From the IMG/VR virus record IMGVR_UViG_3300027736_000021: 64,000 nt of DNA; one strand, given 5' to 3'. Shown here in pieces: positions 9,655 through 19,211 of this stretch. The notes beneath the pieces are model-generated. The model did not search any database, was not told the origin of the DNA, and saw only the letters and a list, made by a program, of their open reading frames with translations. Each line of letters opens with the position of its first letter. The first letter of the stretch is position 1. The position numbers were made by a program, and so were the translations under genes. Source of the DNA: a virus.

Positions 9655-10068
9655 ATGTTAGAATATAATGAACAGAACCTACAAACAGTATGTGAGATTA
9701 TCAAACGAAATCTTACACCAGATTTGTTGCCAAAAAAATGGATAATTAAAAACGAAAGTAATCCTGCCTTTGGCCATTGTCATAATGCCTCTGGTTGTTT
9801 GTATAAGATATTTGGTTCTAAACAATTAAGTTTGTACCGAGGCTTTGATGGTGAAATATATCATTGGTGGGTACAAGACAAAGCAGGTAAGATAATTGAT
9901 TTAACCTCAGAACAATACACAAGTATTGGTAAATTGCCACCTTATGATAAAGCTGAGAAATCAGGATTACTTGGTTTTGATTATAAAAAAAGAGTTCTTA
10001 AATTGCATGACAGAGTAGTAAATGAATTGAGCGGTAATAAATTAGGATTATTAAATCATTATGAGTAA
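9655..10068 (+). CDS. Hypothetical protein with GHC/HWW/DLTxEQ motifs (YunG-like)
   Basis: GHCHNAS, HWWV and IDLTSEQY; has its own extended -10 (TATAAT 9643-9648). Confidence 0.5.
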   Translation: MLEYNEQNLQTVCEIIKRNLTPDLLPKKWIIKNESNPAFGHCHNASGCLYKIFGSKQLSLYRGFDGEIYHWWVQDKAGKIIDLTSEQYTSIGKLPPYDKAEKSGLLGFDYKKRVLKLHDRVVNELSGNKLGLLNHYE

Positions 10069-10615
10069 AAAACACTATGTCAACAATGCTGACTTTCTGG
10101 CATCTCTGATTGACTATAAAGAAAGATGTAGAAAAGCTAAGAAAGACAAAAAGGAAGACCCACCAATTCCAAATTATGTTGGTGAATGTTTTTTAAAGAT
10201 TGCAGAACACCTATCTCGTAAGCCTAATTTTGTATCTTATTCATTTCGTGATGAGATGATTTCAGATGGTATTGAAAATTGTATTCAATATTTTCGTAAT
10301 TTTGATGAAACTAAATCAAAGAATCCATTTGCTTACTTTACACAGATTATTTACTTTGCCTTTTTGCGTAGAATTCAAAAAGAAAAAAAACAACTATATG
10401 TAAAGTATAAAGCAACACAACAATTTGGTATGCTTGACGAAGGCGAAATGTATGAAGATGCTGATGGTCATATGAAGCAGTTTGAACTTTATGATAACAT
10501 TGCAGAGTTCATTGAAACCTTTGAAGATGCCAAAGAAAAGAAAAAGAAAGCAAAGACTAAAGGCCTAGAGAAGTTTCTTGACGCTGACGAATTGGACATT
10601 CCAAAAGAACTATGA
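10061..10615 (+). CDS. gp55: Late-transcription sigma factor (gp55)
   Basis: HYVNN, EMISDGIENC and NPFAYFTQIIYFAFLRRIQKEKKQ. Confidence 0.96.
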   Translation: MSKKHYVNNADFLASLIDYKERCRKAKKDKKEDPPIPNYVGECFLKIAEHLSRKPNFVSYSFRDEMISDGIENCIQYFRNFDETKSKNPFAYFTQIIYFAFLRRIQKEKKQLYVKYKATQQFGMLDEGEMYEDADGHMKQFELYDNIAEFIETFEDAKEKKKKAKTKGLEKFLDADELDIPKEL

Positions 10616-11679
10616 AGATTGCTCTTATAAACGACACTCATGCAGGTGCTCGTGGTGATGACCCACGATTTAATGAATTCTTTTTTAAGTTTTGGGAAGG
10701 CACATTTTTTCCTTATCTAAAAGAAAATAACATTAAACACATCTGCCATCTCGGTGATGTGGTTGACCGCAGAAAGTTTATTTCATTTGTAACACTCAAC
10801 TCGTGGCGTAAACGATTCTTTGATGTATTGCAGACAGAAGGTATTAATATGGATGTAATTGTTGGTAACCATGATGTTACTTACAAAAACACCAATGAAA
10901 TTAATGCTATGCATGAGTTGTTTGACCATTACAATAATATTAATGTGATGATTGAACCAAAAGATATGGAGTATGATGGTCTATCTGTTGCTATGGTACC
11001 ATGGATTAATTCAAGTAATTATGAACAAGCTTTAGAATTTTTAAAGACAACCAAATCACAAGTAGTGTTTGGCCATTTTGAAATTGCTGGGTTTGAAATG
11101 GACAGAGGTAATGTGTGTCATACAGGAATGGACAAATCAACCTTTGATAGGTTTGATATGGTTCTATCTGGCCATTTTCATCACAAATCTACCAATGGTT
11201 CTATTCACTATCTTGGTAATCAATATGAAATAACATGGGCAGATTATAATGACCCTCGTGGTTTCCATGTGTTTGATACTGAAACAAGAGAGTTGACATT
11301 TGTTTCAAACCCTAATAGAATGTTTCATAAAATTAACTATGATGATGCAACAACTGACTTTGCTTATTGGCAAAAATTTGATTATGCAGCCTTGAAAGAT
11401 TGTTATGTAAAGATTGTAGTATTGAATAAACAAAACCCATATCTATTTGATAATGTGTTAGATAATCTATACAAGGCAGGCATTGGTGATATTGCCATTG
11501 TTGAGGACTTTACCGATACGATTATTGAAGATGATAAAGACCTTGTGAATCAGGCAGAAGATACAATGACCATTCTATCCAAGTATATTGATAACTTGAC
11601 ATTGACTGTGGATAATGATAAACTTAAAACTTTAATGAAAGAGCTTTATGTTGAAGCTCTCACTACTGAAACTGAATGA
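10612..11679 (+). CDS. gp47: Recombination endonuclease subunit (gp47, Mre11-like)
   Basis: DTH, GDVVD, GNHD and SGHFH phosphoesterase motifs; precedes gp46. Confidence 0.95.
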   Translation: MKIALINDTHAGARGDDPRFNEFFFKFWEGTFFPYLKENNIKHICHLGDVVDRRKFISFVTLNSWRKRFFDVLQTEGINMDVIVGNHDVTYKNTNEINAMHELFDHYNNINVMIEPKDMEYDGLSVAMVPWINSSNYEQALEFLKTTKSQVVFGHFEIAGFEMDRGNVCHTGMDKSTFDRFDMVLSGHFHHKSTNGSIHYLGNQYEITWADYNDPRGFHVFDTETRELTFVSNPNRMFHKINYDDATTDFAYWQKFDYAALKDCYVKIVVLNKQNPYLFDNVLDNLYKAGIGDIAIVEDFTDTIIEDDKDLVNQAEDTMTILSKYIDNLTLTVDNDKLKTLMKELYVEALTTETE

Positions 11680-13388
11680 TATTATTTCGTAAAATAAAAT
11701 GGAAAAATCTGTTAAGTACCGGCAACCACTTTACAGAAATACAATTTGATAAATCACCTAGCACATTAATAGTTGGTTCAAACGGAGCAGGTAAATCTAC
11801 AATGCTTGATGCATTGTGTTTTGTTTTGTTTGGCAAACCATTTCGCTCGGTGAATAAACCATTGTTATTAAATTCAATCAATGGTAAAGATTGTCTTGTT
11901 GAAGTTGAATTTAATTCTGGCAACAAGCACTATAAGATTGTTCGTGGCATTAAGCCAAATGTGTTTGAGATTTGGCAAGATGGTGAGATGATTAATCAAG
12001 ATGCTGCTGTAAGAGATTACCAAGAATACTTAGAGAAGTTTATTCTTAAATTAAACTATAAATCATTTACACAGATTGTCATTCTTGGTTCAGCATCGTT
12101 TACACCATTTATGCAACTATCGGCATCTGACCGCAGAGCAATCATTGAAGAACTTTTAGATATTCAGGTGTTTTCTGCCATGAATAATATTTTAAAAGAT
12201 AAGATTACAATGAACAAAGATGCCACAATAACTAAAAAATATGATATTGATTTGGCTGAACAGAAGTATAGTTTACAGAAAAAACATATTGATGAACTAA
12301 AACAAAACAATGAAGATAAGGTAAAAGAATATGAAGGTGAGATTAGTGGTAGTGCGAACACCATATCCACGCTGGCAGAACAGATTGAATTGTTCTCTAA
12401 CGAAGTTCGACAGTTACAAATACTCGTCAATGCGAAGGCTGAAACAGAGGCTAAGGTCAAAAAGATTACAAAACTTGAATCGCAAATTGAAAGCAACTTA
12501 TCCAAATTTCGTAAGGATATCAATTTCTTTCAACACAATGACGATTGTCCAACGTGTAGGCAAGCCATTGCCATGGAATTCAAAGAGAAGGAACTTACCT
12601 TACTTGGCACCAAGGTTACGGAATGTGACCATGGCTTGCAAGAGTTAGAGAAGAAGTTATTAGCAGAACAATCTAAACTGAATTCAATCTCTGAAACACA
12701 AAAGAAAATTCAAGAATTGCAAATTGAAATTGCAACCAAAAATACCACTATTACCGAAACAAACAAATATATTAAACGGTTAGAAAAACAGATTGAAGAT
12801 TTGAAGTTAAACAAATCAAGTACCGACAAAGAAGAACAAGAATTAAGTATCATAAATGAATCATTAAGTCAGTTAAAGCAACATTTAAGAACCCTTATAG
12901 ATGAAAAAACATATTATGAAGTAGCGTCTGGCTTGTTGAAAGATACAGGTATTAAGACCAAGATTATCAAACAGTATTTGCCAATCATTAACAAATTGGT
13001 AAACAAATATCTGGCATCATTTGATTTCTTTGTGAATTTTAACCTTGATGAATCGTTTAAAGAAACAATCAAATCAAGGCACCGTGATGATTTCACCTAT
13101 GATTCTTTTTCAGAGGGTGAAAAACAAAAGATTGATTTGGCATTATTGTTTAGTTGGCGTGCTGTTGCTAAACTAAAAAACTCTGCCAATACTAATCTAT
13201 TAATACTTGATGAAGTGTTTGATTCGAGCCTTGATGCCAATGGCACGGAATATCTAATGACCATATTGCAGATGCTAGAAGGCACAAATGTATTTGTTAT
13301 TTCTCATAAAGGTGATATACTACAAGATAAGTTCCGTAATGTAATTCGTTTTGAGAAGGTTAAAAATTTTAGTAGGATTGTAAAATGA
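11676..13388 (+). CDS. gp46: Recombination ATPase subunit (gp46, Rad50-like)
   Basis: GSNGAGKS, CPTC zinc hook, FSEGEK signature, LDE and ISH. Confidence 0.96.
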   Translation: MILFRKIKWKNLLSTGNHFTEIQFDKSPSTLIVGSNGAGKSTMLDALCFVLFGKPFRSVNKPLLLNSINGKDCLVEVEFNSGNKHYKIVRGIKPNVFEIWQDGEMINQDAAVRDYQEYLEKFILKLNYKSFTQIVILGSASFTPFMQLSASDRRAIIEELLDIQVFSAMNNILKDKITMNKDATITKKYDIDLAEQKYSLQKKHIDELKQNNEDKVKEYEGEISGSANTISTLAEQIELFSNEVRQLQILVNAKAETEAKVKKITKLESQIESNLSKFRKDINFFQHNDDCPTCRQAIAMEFKEKELTLLGTKVTECDHGLQELEKKLLAEQSKLNSISETQKKIQELQIEIATKNTTITETNKYIKRLEKQIEDLKLNKSSTDKEEQELSIINESLSQLKQHLRTLIDEKTYYEVASGLLKDTGIKTKIIKQYLPIINKLVNKYLASFDFFVNFNLDESFKETIKSRHRDDFTYDSFSEGEKQKIDLALLFSWRAVAKLKNSANTNLLILDEVFDSSLDANGTEYLMTILQMLEGTNVFVISHKGDILQDKFRNVIRFEKVKNFSRIVK

Positions 13389-14152
13389 ACTTTGAACAAT
13401 ATTTAAGAAACTATAAAGAAGTAATCGACAAAGAAGTAGAAGGTTGGTTTTACCCTAAAGACATTATCATTACATACGGAATTTTAAAAGAATTACAGAA
13501 ACCAAAAGGCGATGTGTGTGAGATTGGTGTTGCATATGGTAAAAGTGCCATTGCTATCTCACAATTTATTGGTAACAATAATTTTTATCTATATGATATT
13601 TTTTCTGAATCTGATAAAGAAAAAGCCACATCTAATATTACAAAGTTTGGTAATCCCAATAATTTGATTTGGAGATTAGAAGATACAACAGAATTAAAGT
13701 TTGATGATATTGTCTTTCAAAATGAATTAAGGTTTCTTCACATTGATGGTTGCCATGAACACTCGGCTGTATTAAGTGATTTGATGTTGTTTAGTAGTAA
13801 GATGAGAGATGATGGTATTATTGCACTTGATGACTTTCAAGACCAAGAATATCCTGGTGTGAATAGTGCAGCCTTTCAATTCTCTTTATCAAATATCAAT
13901 TATAAAAATTGGAGAGTGTTTGCCATTGGCGACAATAAAGCATATATGTGCCAAAAGAAATATGCCGAATTATATCAAAAAGCTTTAATAGATTACATTC
14001 AGAAGGCAAAAGAACAATATAATGTTCCGTTTGCCATGCATTTGGGTTTGCGTGAACTTTTGGATATCAATGTTCTTATGTGTGATTCCAGAACGGCATG
14101 GGATCCACAGGTAATAAAAGAATCTTTGTTTGACAAACCAATAATAGGATGA
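13385..14152 (+). CDS. Class I SAM-dependent methyltransferase (Methyltransf_24-like)
   Basis: EIGVAYGKS, FLHIDGCH and GIIALDD. Confidence 0.8.
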   Translation: MNFEQYLRNYKEVIDKEVEGWFYPKDIIITYGILKELQKPKGDVCEIGVAYGKSAIAISQFIGNNNFYLYDIFSESDKEKATSNITKFGNPNNLIWRLEDTTELKFDDIVFQNELRFLHIDGCHEHSAVLSDLMLFSSKMRDDGIIALDDFQDQEYPGVNSAAFQFSLSNINYKNWRVFAIGDNKAYMCQKKYAELYQKALIDYIQKAKEQYNVPFAMHLGLRELLDINVLMCDSRTAWDPQVIKESLFDKPIIG

Positions 14153-14156
14153 TATA

Positions 14157-14351
14157 ATGGATGAATTCAAAAAATTAAGTGAGTATACCGATGGGCATAA
14201 CCGAACTGGCCAAGTATACCTAACAGGTGTAGGCAAATCTAGGTTTATGGCCTTGCTTTATGAAGCAGAAACAGATTATAATGATGCTAAGTATTTTGAC
14301 AGAGAAGAAGATGCCGAAATTTGTGCAGAAGATTGGGTAATGAAAACATGA
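14157..14351 (+). CDS. Hypothetical protein
   Basis: 64 aa ORF, SD AGGA, stop overlaps the next start. Confidence 0.55.
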   Translation: MDEFKKLSEYTDGHNRTGQVYLTGVGKSRFMALLYEAETDYNDAKYFDREEDAEICAEDWVMKT

Positions 14352-14932
14352 GTGATATTTTTACAATTGATACCGAAGAAGGTATTGTTAAAGATAAAGA
14401 AGAAGTAATTAATCCGCTATCGTTGTTTAACGAAGATTATCCAATGCTTCTTCAAAAGATACCTGAATATGATGTTAGTAGATTGCCAAATCCAGTTCTT
14501 GGTAAATTAATCAAGCGATTGAAAATGACCATGAAATTGCATGGTGGTATTGGACTATCTGCTAATCAATGTGGAGTATTTGAAAGAGTTTTTGTAATTG
14601 GTGCCAATGATGCAGTTTGGGCTTGTATCAATCCAAAAATTCTTAATGCTTCGCCTGACTTGATACGAGATAAAGAAGGATGTTTATCTTTTCCTGGCTT
14701 AGCACTTAATGTAGAAAGACATTCTTGGGTAGAAGCAGAGTTTATTAACGAAGAATGTAAAGTTGTGCAAATGCGTTTTGAAGGTTTAACAGCAAGATGT
14801 TATCAACATGAACTTGACCATATGAATGGTATTAGGTTTACCAACCATGTTAAACCACTCGCACTAGAAATGGCAAAGAAACAACAAAAGAAGTTAATTA
14901 AAAAAATTATGAGATTGCATAAAAAAATATGA
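14348..14932 (+). CDS. def: Peptide deformylase
   Basis: GIGLSANQ, EGCLS and QHELDH; ATG 14348 overlaps the upstream stop. Confidence 0.95.
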   Translation: MSDIFTIDTEEGIVKDKEEVINPLSLFNEDYPMLLQKIPEYDVSRLPNPVLGKLIKRLKMTMKLHGGIGLSANQCGVFERVFVIGANDAVWACINPKILNASPDLIRDKEGCLSFPGLALNVERHSWVEAEFINEECKVVQMRFEGLTARCYQHELDHMNGIRFTNHVKPLALEMAKKQQKKLIKKIMRLHKKI

Positions 14933-16260
14933 TTGATGCTAAAGCTGATGTAGAAGAACAATGGAAACAATGGCAAGATGAGAATCCGCCAAGTTCTTTT
15001 GTTGATATTGATGAGAGTGTTCTCAAAGAGCAAGTTATCAATGATTTAACCTATGTTTCAAAAATGGATGTAAAAGAATACACACTCTATCAAAAGTGGT
15101 GTGAAATCAAAGAGAAATATCCTACTGTTATTAATCAAACTTTATTTGGTGAAGAAGTTCAGCTTGTTGACCCAAATCAACAAAAGGTTGTTGATGAAAT
15201 TAAGGCATCTATTTGGGTGCCACAATCAGCTGAAGATTATCTCAACTTACAACCTGTATTAGAATATACAGATGATTCTGGTAAAGATATGCAGATTGGT
15301 ATTGATGGTAAAGAATTTGAAGTAGAAAAGAAACGAAGTAAAGACTTACCTGAAAGATGGAACACAGTTCGTAATTTCATTTCAACAATGAAGAACAATA
15401 GTAACATTGGTCGCAACCTAAACTTCTTGGTTCGTGACCAGGTGACAGGCAAGTATCTAGGTGTCATCTGTATATCATCTGACTTCTTAGACCTTACTCC
15501 TCGTGATGAGAAGATTGGTTGGGCTCGTGAATTAAAGACACAAGGCAGTATGATTAATCACACGGCAATTGGTTCTACTATCGTTCCATTTCAACCACTT
15601 GGTTACAATTATGTTGGTGGTAAATTATTGGCATTACTCTGCCTATCTGATGAAGTGCAAAGATTATGGAAAAAACAATATGGTGATGTGTTGATTGGTG
15701 TAACAACAACATCATTGTATGGTAGAACAAAGGCTGATGGTCTATCACAATATGATAACCTTGACCACTGGCAGAAGATGGGTTTCACGGCAGGTTCAGT
15801 ATCATTTGAACCAAGTAGAAAAGTCCGTGGCAATATCATTAACTGGTTAAAAAAGAATCATACTCGTAATTACTTTGAATGGTATGTTGCAAAGAAACCA
15901 TCAGGTCAACCACACAAACGTGACCATAAGAATCGTTCACTAGGCTTTACTTATAGTAAACTAGGCATTCCTAAAGAGTTGATTAGAACTGACCATGCTC
16001 GAGGCATTTACTTCTCACCATTGTATGATAACTCTTATGAGTTTCTCCGTGGTGAAATCAAAGAAGAACAGTTGGTAAAATCATTTGATACCAGCTATGA
16101 ATCATTGGTGAATATCTGGAAAACAAAACACGCCATTGGCAGAATTAAACAATTGACCAAAAAGAATAAAGTATCCTATGAAACATTGTTTTATGATGAT
16201 TTGATTTACCTTTCATGGGAAGAAACAAAGGCAAAATATCTAGGTCAAGTAGGCAGATAA
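14929..16260 (+). CDS. DUF4338/DruA-like protein (putative GNAT/Mom-like transferase), copy 1
   Basis: IVPFQPLGYNYVGGKLLA, TTTSLYG, SQYD and GFTAG; same motif set as 36441-37559. Confidence 0.7.
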   Translation: MIDAKADVEEQWKQWQDENPPSSFVDIDESVLKEQVINDLTYVSKMDVKEYTLYQKWCEIKEKYPTVINQTLFGEEVQLVDPNQQKVVDEIKASIWVPQSAEDYLNLQPVLEYTDDSGKDMQIGIDGKEFEVEKKRSKDLPERWNTVRNFISTMKNNSNIGRNLNFLVRDQVTGKYLGVICISSDFLDLTPRDEKIGWARELKTQGSMINHTAIGSTIVPFQPLGYNYVGGKLLALLCLSDEVQRLWKKQYGDVLIGVTTTSLYGRTKADGLSQYDNLDHWQKMGFTAGSVSFEPSRKVRGNIINWLKKNHTRNYFEWYVAKKPSGQPHKRDHKNRSLGFTYSKLGIPKELIRTDHARGIYFSPLYDNSYEFLRGEIKEEQLVKSFDTSYESLVNIWKTKHAIGRIKQLTKKNKVSYETLFYDDLIYLSWEETKAKYLGQVGR

Positions 16261-16281
16261 AAACTTTTGCCGTTAAAACGC

Positions 16282-16310
16282 TTGACAAGTTACATATATA
16301 ATGTTATAGT
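16282..16310 (+). promoter_or_regulatory. Sigma70-type promoter for the tRNA-like gene
   Basis: TTGACA-17 nt-TATAGT with extended -10 TG, ending 9 nt before the tRNA 5' end. Confidence 0.75.
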
Positions 16311-16319
16311 ATTGAATAT

Positions 16320-16388
16320 GCGGTGGGTTGTAGAACAAGTTGGACTTCCCGTTTAATTAACCTTGTGCAACTCAAGGCCACCGCTCCA
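16320..16388 (+). tRNA. Atypical tRNA-Gly(UCC), 69 nt, reduced D arm, encoded CCA
   Basis: Acceptor GCGGTGG/CCACCGC, U73, CCA; T arm CCTTG-TGCAACT-CAAGG; anticodon arm TTGGA-CTTCCCG-TTTAA (two G-U pairs); only 13 nt between the acceptor and anticodon stems. Confidence 0.85.
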
Positions 16389-16400
16389 CTATAAAAGACT

Positions 16401-16571
16401 ATGTTTACATTTCTAGGCATCGTAGGTTTTCTAATCACATTACTTGTTGCCATACCAGCAACATTAATCGCTTTCGCCTCTCTCATTGAACACCCAATAA
16501 AAACAATCATCAAATTGTGGGCAGATGTGGTTGAAACTTATCGCACTCTTTGGGAAAACATTTCAAAATAA
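16401..16571 (+). CDS. Small membrane protein (56 aa, absent from the ORF track)
   Basis: MFTFLGIVGFLITLLVAIPATLIAFASLIEHP...; hydrophobic N-terminal helix. Confidence 0.6.
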   Translation: MFTFLGIVGFLITLLVAIPATLIAFASLIEHPIKTIIKLWADVVETYRTLWENISK

Positions 16572-16603
16572 TTGCCTCAATTTTAATCTAGGTGTGTTAT
16601 CAT
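16571..16603 (+). promoter_or_regulatory. ATTGCCWC-N16-TGn-TANNAT promoter, copy 1
   Basis: ATTGCCTC 16571-16578, TG 16595-16596, TATCAT 16598-16603. Confidence 0.5.
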
Positions 16604-16609
16604 AGCCTC

Positions 16610-16786
16610 ATGATTGAAGATTACTCTCACACACTATTAGAACAGGAAGAAATGCATTTCTATTCCTGTGTTGCCGATGTCATTCGTGCCTTTCAATGCC
16701 ACGGTGTCAGTCATATCCTACATGAGGTTGCAAAAAATCCTCAATTAAAACAAGAGCTTAGCCTGTTGCTTTCATGCAACAAGTAA
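16610..16786 (+). CDS. Hypothetical protein
   Basis: 58 aa from ATG 16610, 6 nt after a -10 element. Confidence 0.5.
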   Translation: MIEDYSHTLLEQEEMHFYSCVADVIRAFQCHGVSHILHEVAKNPQLKQELSLLLSCNK

Positions 16787-16828
16787 GCTTGACTTTCCTC
16801 TTGACTTTCCTCGTGGTTCGTGTATAAT
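16764..16828 (+). promoter_or_regulatory. Sigma70-type promoter with upstream TGTTG-N8-CAACA palindrome and a tandemly duplicated -35
   Basis: Palindrome 16764-16781; CTTGACTTTCCT twice (16788-16811); TATAAT 16823-16828. Confidence 0.65.
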
Positions 16829-16854
16829 GGTTGCATATTAATTAGAAAGTTCAT

Positions 16855-19209
16855 ATGGCATTTACAGTAGAATCTAAATCACAATTGGCAAAGTTACTTG
16901 CCACAGAAAATCTTACTATCGAGCATCAAAAGATTCGCACAGCAATGTTCGACCCTAAAAATCGTGTTCTCTATTGTCCTATCTGGAAAGATATGACTGG
17001 TGCTACATACGACCATATGTTAGGTCATGAAGTTGGTCATGCTCTCTATACACCTGCCGAAGGTTGGCATGAAGCGGCTTCTTCTCTTGGTGCCAAATAT
17101 AAAGGCTTCTTGAATGTAGTTGAAGATGCTCGTATTGAGAAAAAAGTAAAACGAAAATATCCTGGTATTCGTTCCTCATTCGTTAAAAGTTATCAAGCAC
17201 TTTTTGATAAAGACTTTTTCGGTATTAAAGGTCGTGATTTGAATAGTTTATCATTTATTGACCGCCTTAATCTTCATACAAAATCTTCTGGCACAACCAA
17301 AGTAGAATTTACCAATGAAGAAATGAAATTGGTAAAACAAGTTGAAGCTTGTGAAACATGGGAAGATGTCATTCGTGTTACAAAAGCCGTATTCAATTAT
17401 TCTAAAGATGAACAATTTGAAATGTTACAGCAATTGTTGGCAAGTATGGATTACCAACAAGATGGCGAAGAATCGGAATCTAACGATGATGGTTATGAAT
17501 ATTCAGAATATGATGAAGAAGGTGAAGAAGAAAAAGACGGCTCTCAAAGCGGTGATATGAAAGGCGAAAGTGGTTCAGAAAAACAAGAAGCCAAAAAATC
17601 TAATTCTGAAAATGATAATGGTGAAGAAAATGATAGTGATGAAAATGGCAATTCAATCAATCACGATAAAGAATCTAAGCCTACTGATATTGACCAGTTT
17701 GAACCTTCTTGTGAAACCGATGAAAACTTCCGTAAGAATGAAGATAGTTTAGTTTCTCAAGAATGTAAACCATACATTTATGGTAAAATTCCTAAAGCAA
17801 ACCTTGATAACATTGTTACTTCTGCCAAGCGTGTGCATGAGTTATTAGAAAAATATTATTTCAACCATAATGGTTCTCTTGAGCGTAATGCTCGTTTTGA
17901 ATCATATGCTTCATCTAAAGTGAAGGAATTCAAATCAAAGAATGAGCGCTATGTTAGTTTATTGGCCAAAGAATTTGAAATGAAGAAAGCCGCTCGTGCT
18001 TATGCAAAGGCTAAAGTGTCTAATACAGGTGACATTGATATCAGTAAACTATACAAGTATCAAGTGGAAGATAATATCTTCCGTAAGATGATGAGAGTAC
18101 CAAAAGGTAAATCTCACGGCTTAGTATTGTTGCTTGACCGCTCTGGTTCCATGTCCCGTAATATGGCAGGTTCAATTGAACAGATTTTGGTTCTTGCCAT
18201 GTTCTGCCGTAAAGTGAATATTCCATTTGTTCTGTATGGTTTTGGTGATGTAACAGAAAGCCGTTACTTTGATTACCCTAACCGAGATTACAAAAAAGAA
18301 AAATGCTTTGAACAAAATGTAAATGAATTTTGTTTTGATACGGTATATTTGCGTGAGTATATCAATTCAAAAATGAGCAATTCAGAATTTAATCGTTGTA
18401 TTCGTAATTTGGTTTTGCTAAAAGAATCTTATACAAGCAATTATCATTCTCTTGGTCGACCAAATAGTGAGCATCTTGGTAATACTCCTTTATTGCAAGC
18501 GATGATTGCATTAGAACCAATTACAAAACAATTCCGTAAAGTGAATAATTTAGATTTGGTTAACCTTGTGATTATCCATGATGGTGATGCTGATAATACA
18601 AATAGAATATGTCAAGAAAGAGATCCTTATGAATGGGAAAAACAAGGTGAAAAAGTAGTGAAACCTACAGGTTTCAATAGCTCTCGGGAAAATGTATTCA
18701 TTAAAGATTATGAATCCAAATTACAAATTAAACTTGAATCGTCCGTTCTTAATGGGTATTATGATGAATCATTTCGCATCGGTATATTTAATTGGTTCCG
18801 TGCCAAGACTGATGCAAAGATTTTTGGTTTCTTTATTGCAGGCCAAGGTCGTGAATTGAGGCAGGCTATTGCACACAGATATACTAATAAAGATGGTAAA
18901 TCTATTAATGAGATGATTAAAGAAAAATATAGTGCTACTCATATGATGATTTCGCCAGATAAAAGTGATATTGTTAAAGACATTGCTGCTAAAATGAAAA
19001 GTGAAAAGTTTATTCAATCTTACAATAAAGGCTACGAATCATTCTTTATTATGCCTGGTGGTTCTGATTTACAGATTGAAGATGAGGAGTTGGTTGTAAC
19101 TGGTACGGTAACCGCTAATAAATTAAAAACGGCATTTATGAAAATGAATAAAAAGAAAGCGGTTAACCGTGTGATGGTGTCAAGGTTCATTGATGGCATT
19201 GCTGCCTAA
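16855..19209 (+). CDS. HExxH + acidic linker + vWA domain protein (CobT-like partner of a MoxR ATPase)
   Basis: HEVGH, NVVEDARIE, long acidic linker, MIDAS DRSGS and HDGD. Confidence 0.85.
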   Translation: MAFTVESKSQLAKLLATENLTIEHQKIRTAMFDPKNRVLYCPIWKDMTGATYDHMLGHEVGHALYTPAEGWHEAASSLGAKYKGFLNVVEDARIEKKVKRKYPGIRSSFVKSYQALFDKDFFGIKGRDLNSLSFIDRLNLHTKSSGTTKVEFTNEEMKLVKQVEACETWEDVIRVTKAVFNYSKDEQFEMLQQLLASMDYQQDGEESESNDDGYEYSEYDEEGEEEKDGSQSGDMKGESGSEKQEAKKSNSENDNGEENDSDENGNSINHDKESKPTDIDQFEPSCETDENFRKNEDSLVSQECKPYIYGKIPKANLDNIVTSAKRVHELLEKYYFNHNGSLERNARFESYASSKVKEFKSKNERYVSLLAKEFEMKKAARAYAKAKVSNTGDIDISKLYKYQVEDNIFRKMMRVPKGKSHGLVLLLDRSGSMSRNMAGSIEQILVLAMFCRKVNIPFVLYGFGDVTESRYFDYPNRDYKKEKCFEQNVNEFCFDTVYLREYINSKMSNSEFNRCIRNLVLLKESYTSNYHSLGRPNSEHLGNTPLLQAMIALEPITKQFRKVNNLDLVNLVIIHDGDADNTNRICQERDPYEWEKQGEKVVKPTGFNSSRENVFIKDYESKLQIKLESSVLNGYYDESFRIGIFNWFRAKTDAKIFGFFIAGQGRELRQAIAHRYTNKDGKSINEMIKEKYSATHMMISPDKSDIVKDIAAKMKSEKFIQSYNKGYESFFIMPGGSDLQIEDEELVVTGTVTANKLKTAFMKMNKKKAVNRVMVSRFIDGIAA

Positions 19210-19211
19210 GG

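Noticed and set aside
16304-16513. 69 aa minus-strand ORF
   Set aside because: It is antisense to the tRNA-Gly and a small membrane gene, which explain the region better.
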